From Podarcis liolepis (Eukaryota): a stretch of 64,000 nucleotides of DNA. Where the stretch lies: the NCBI GenBank assembly GCA_965112155.1, contig OZ218111.1. One strand, given 5' to 3'. Shown here in pieces: positions 60,130 to 64,000 of this stretch; position 1 is the stretch's first letter; every line of letters starts with the position of its first letter. The position numbers and the translations under genes are program-made. The notes below the pieces were generated by a model. That model ran no database searches. It was not told where the DNA came from and worked only from the letters and a program-made list of their open reading frames with translations.

Positions 60130-62570
60130 GAAGATAGATATCTGCTACCTTAACGTTTGGGTGGGGGCCCTTTCCCTCCCCCCTTTTTTTTTCTTAAAGG
60201 CGAGGCGCGCATTCTTCAACCGCTGTGAAGCAAACTCCCCCTCGGACCCGCTCTGTTTAAACTTAAGAGTGTGCATATATAGGATATTATTATTATTGTC
60301 ATTTCTCCTCCCTGCCGCCTGTTCCAAGGCTCCACGCTCAAAATACACAGGGGGGCAAAACACATTCCTTTATAGATTGAGAAAGATCTTATCCTTTCGT
60401 CGCTCTTTTTCTTTTTTTCTTTTTCGTTCGCTGATCCCTTCAGGTTCTCCCCCACCCCCACCCCCAATAGTAACCACCCCTCGCTCTCCTTTCCAAAATC
60501 AGTTTGTACAATCGCTAAGATAAATACCAGGGCGATACGTTTTCATTGCCTAAGGGGGGGTTTTCTCCTGCCCAATTTTTTCCCTAAAAAAATAATAATT
60601 TAAAAGCCATCAGCTGCCAAACAACAGGAAGAAGATGCAAGCGATCTGGGATCTTGAACAAGGCAAATATGTTTTGGGTATGTTTCATTCTCTTTTTTAA
60701 ATTTCTCTCTCTCTCTCTCTCTCTCTTTCCCCTTCTCCTTGCGACCTGGTTTGTGGCCGTGCGGGTCTCTCTCCCTCTCTCTCATTCCTTACTTATTTCA
60801 TTTTAAAGGCTGAAATCCGAAGCGCAAAAGTAATGCCCTGCGTTAAAATTCAGAGAACTTCCCCCGCACCCCCGAAGTCAATGGTTTGAGGGTCGGGGAC
60901 GAAAACTCTGCTTTCAAAGGTTACGTGGGGAGGGCGGGATTTGTGCCGGGAGCGTGGGGGGGGGGAACGATGTGTGTGTGTGTGGACTTTACATCAACTA
61001 CTAATTGAGAGAAAGGTCCCTGTGTGTGTGGGTGTGGGTGTATGTCGTGAAAAATATGCTTCTCTATAAAGCCCCTTTTCCAGCTATCCAAAGGGTACCC
61101 CCCCTTCCAAATCCGGTTCGGATTCGATGATGATGATGCCTCTCTGAGTCAGAACCAGTCTAAAATCTCAAGGTCGTATTGCTGTGGATATAAGCAATGA
61201 TTGAAAAGGGGGGAGGAAAAGGGACCTCTCTAAGGCAGGGAATAGGAAATGAAACTGCAAGAATTTGTAGCCACGTGCGTTTTTGCTTGGGTTTCTCTCC
61301 CCCCCCCCCCCACTTCTTCCAGGAGCAAAATTGAGTTTCACGACTAGCCTTCTTTGCAGTCCCCGTTCCGCAGCTCCGCTTTATCCTTACCCCCTTAAAA
61401 TCTCTGATGGATGATAAAGTAGAGGTACTCACCATTGCCAGAGGGGATATCTGTTGCCAAATCCAGGTTTCCAGGCGCAAAGTTTTGTTTGTTCCTTTTA
61501 ATTGTTGGAAGTTGGGGAGTGGGGGGGATTAATAATCTTCAGGCTGATGTCACTTAAAAAAAACAAAAAAGCCGCGTGGAAGAGCTCTAGACTTTCCCTA
61601 GCGCGAGAAATACGCACGCACGCACATTCACTCGCTCACACTCGCTTCTCCCTATTAGACCGGCGGGGGGATTCCTTATCCATCCTATGTCGCCTCCTCC
61701 CTTAAAAGAAAATCACAATTTTTTCGGAAGTTTGCAAGTCCGGAGCACAAAAAGATGTTATTTTATTTTATTTTTAAAATGACATAGCTCCTTAACTGGC
61801 AATCCGGAGGAATTAATCATATTATAAACGTACAGAAGTTTAGGAGTTGCTTGCCTCCCCCCGTCTCGCTTTGCCTACGTCCTCCCCCCACGTCCCTTTC
61901 CCTTTAAGAGCAGCGTTTCTTTGAAAGTTGGATTTTTTTTTCAGGCCGATGAAAGACTTACGCTAGGGGGCAGACGCATACTGTACTTCTGGAGTCTTCC
62001 AGCCGGTCCTCTTCCTCCTCCCCCCCCCCCCCGCCTCACACACACCAATACACACACTTCTGTCCTCTCTTTCTCTCTCCATCTCTCGCTCTCGTAGCAT
62101 ATGTTCTAATTTAGCACTGTAAATTTTTCAGAGGGCCCGACTCTGACAGCCCCTGGTGATTTTCAAAGTACCACAAGCCAGTGGTTAAAATTACATTGAC
62201 TTGAAAGTTCAGTGTCGCACAATGGAGGGCCACTTTCCCCCATTCATAGCTCTTCGGATGAGCTGGGAGGGGGACGCGGGGGGGGGGAGGCAAACAACAC
62301 AGTGAGCATTCATTGAGTCTTCGCCCCACGTAACCCAGCGGTTTCCCCCCACTGATTTCACTTCAGAGGGTCCAAACTTCGTTGCGAAGAAGCCAGGAAG
62401 AACTGAAGGGAGGGTTTCTTGTTGTCATTGTTGTGTTTTACCAAACTCTCCCCATCCCGCACCTTTCGCCAGGGAAAAATAAAGAGGGGAGGTCCCTGCT
62501 TCCCCACCTCGCTTAGCCTAACGTTTTCTTAAAATATTCCACACCCTTTTCTATTTAACATCCCGGATCT
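60130..62570. promoter_or_regulatory. second CpG-rich, promoter-like domain
   Basis: Frequent CpGs, a GC box (gggcggg at ~60932), G/C runs, and no transposons. Confidence 0.6.
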
Positions 62571-63193
62571 CCTGATGATTGTACACCTGTTTTAAAAAAT
62601 GGGAACGTGGATAGGTATTATTAATACCACTATTGCTTCTCCCCAGAAGTTGCAAAATGGACCCTTACTTGCAAGGCAATAAATAAGGTCTGGGATTATA
62701 ACTGAGCTCTGTAAATTGACAGTTATGGATGATGGATCGGTTTGAGAATCGTTCTCTTTAAGCGATCCTATGTTGCTGTGTAATGTGGGGAGGGGAGAGA
62801 GAGAGAAAGAGAGAATGAACAGTCAGTCAGCCATGAACTTGCCAACTCCCCACCTCTGCTATTTTTAATAGTTCCATCCTTTGGATGAACAGACGTACAC
62901 GATCAAAGCATTTGATGTTAGGGCTTGAGTGAGCTCCGTCTATTTTAGTTCTCAGTGATTAGTTGCTTTCTCTTTTTACGATCCTGCAGGAAAACGATTA
63001 ATACAGAAGGGTCGTTATTTCCCCTTTCGGGTTTTTTAATTTTTATTTTGGTAGTCTTTGCATTCAGCAGAATCATAAGATTTCTTCTGATAAAATAAGA
63101 TAAGGTGGTGATATATGGGGAGAATTTTCCTTATATAGGCTGCGATCACCTATATATCCTGTATATATCCAGGATATATATTTCCATACTGTG

Positions 63194-63195
<2 letters not shown>

Positions 63196-63280
<85 letters not shown>
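63196..63280. repeat. compound (CA)n(TA)n(GA)n microsatellite
   Basis: Directly visible. Confidence 0.97.
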
Positions 63281-63281
<1 letters not shown>

Positions 63282-63710
63282 TATGGAGGGGGTGTATCAA
63301 GGCGCTAGTTCTCTGCAATCCTAGAGGCCGATTATTTCCATCTCTTCTGGATCATAGAGGGCATCTTCCACTGTTTACAGGCGGCCCAAGTCCTTCTAAT
63401 CAATAGAACATTCCGCCGCTCGCTTTGAAACTGACCGTATGAAACAGACAATATTGCCAGGATCCTCACTAGGGCCAGTAACAAGCAGAGTTCATGTTAC
63501 AACTTTCCTGCCTTCGTCCGTAGCACCTGCAAGCTTAGCAACAGACATTTATTTCTTCAGGAGAAAGGGGTGGGTGGTATGAACGTGGCAACGTGATAGC
63601 GTTGAGCTGATGGAAAGGGTTACAGCTCCAGATCCAGATACTTGCTCTCATGTATCTGGGATCCCCATTGTATCATTTAATATGTGTCTTGGACATACCT
63701 TGTGTGTATT

Positions 63711-63712
<2 letters not shown>

Positions 63713-63747
<35 letters not shown>

Positions 63748-63762
63748 ACACACACACACACG
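63713..63762. repeat. (TG)n immediately followed by (CA)n
   Basis: Directly visible; self-complementary around gtac at 63744-63747. Confidence 0.95.
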
Positions 63763-64000
63763 CAAGTCTGTGTGTGCAAGTGCGTGTGCGGGTATATATG
63801 AGTTATATAAATATATATACTCTCAGTTTTGAGTCTGTTTCTAGCCTGCCATTTATCATTTTTCTCTGGTCCTTCTCAGCAAATGTATTTCGCTGGAACA
63901 CTTACTTCTCTGCCTGGAGGTCAGTTTGCCTCTAGATTGCAGCGCGAGAGATCCCACAGCTAGGCGATGACTTAAATTTGTAACCTCGTCTAAGGCTATA

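Noticed and set aside
59909-60523. 204-aa ORF and other ORFs containing X runs
   Set aside because: Their length comes from N gaps and low-complexity sequence.
53230-64000. Naming the neighbouring developmental gene
   Set aside because: No coding exon (homeobox, LIM, forkhead, HMG, bHLH or other) is present, and I cannot match the non-coding elements to a locus without a search.

Overview
Vertebrate, non-coding genomic DNA from a squamate reptile, most likely a lacertid lizard. The evidence is three Sauria SINEs, a Bov-B LINE, a Squam3-like SINE and young L2 copies with (TTA)n tails. The assembly is a draft with five short N gaps. I find no host protein-coding exon. The only recognisable peptides are C-terminal fragments of retrotransposon ORF2 (L2, CR1, RTE/Bov-B, L1/Tx1). 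The window has two zones. From ~1 to 48.5 kb, dense and often nested SINEs, LINEs and DNA-transposon MITEs alternate with many 200-800 bp repeat-free, TAAT-rich islands that look like conserved non-coding enhancers. From ~48.6 to 64 kb the sequence is almost free of transposons and grades into CpG-rich DNA. This layout is typical of the gene-desert flank of a developmental regulator whose coding sequence probably lies past the right edge; I cannot name the gene. I see no convincing new biological system. The most interesting items are a TSD-flanked hAT-type element carrying an L2 3' end and a duplicated terminus, a tRNA-SINE/5S-derived SINE tail-to-tail junction that occurs twice, three pogo/Tigger-like MITE families sharing terminal motifs, a near-perfect 48-bp MITE hairpin, and the transposon-free CpG domain. 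Coordinates of old repeats and putative enhancers are estimated by eye, and family names are from recall without a database search.
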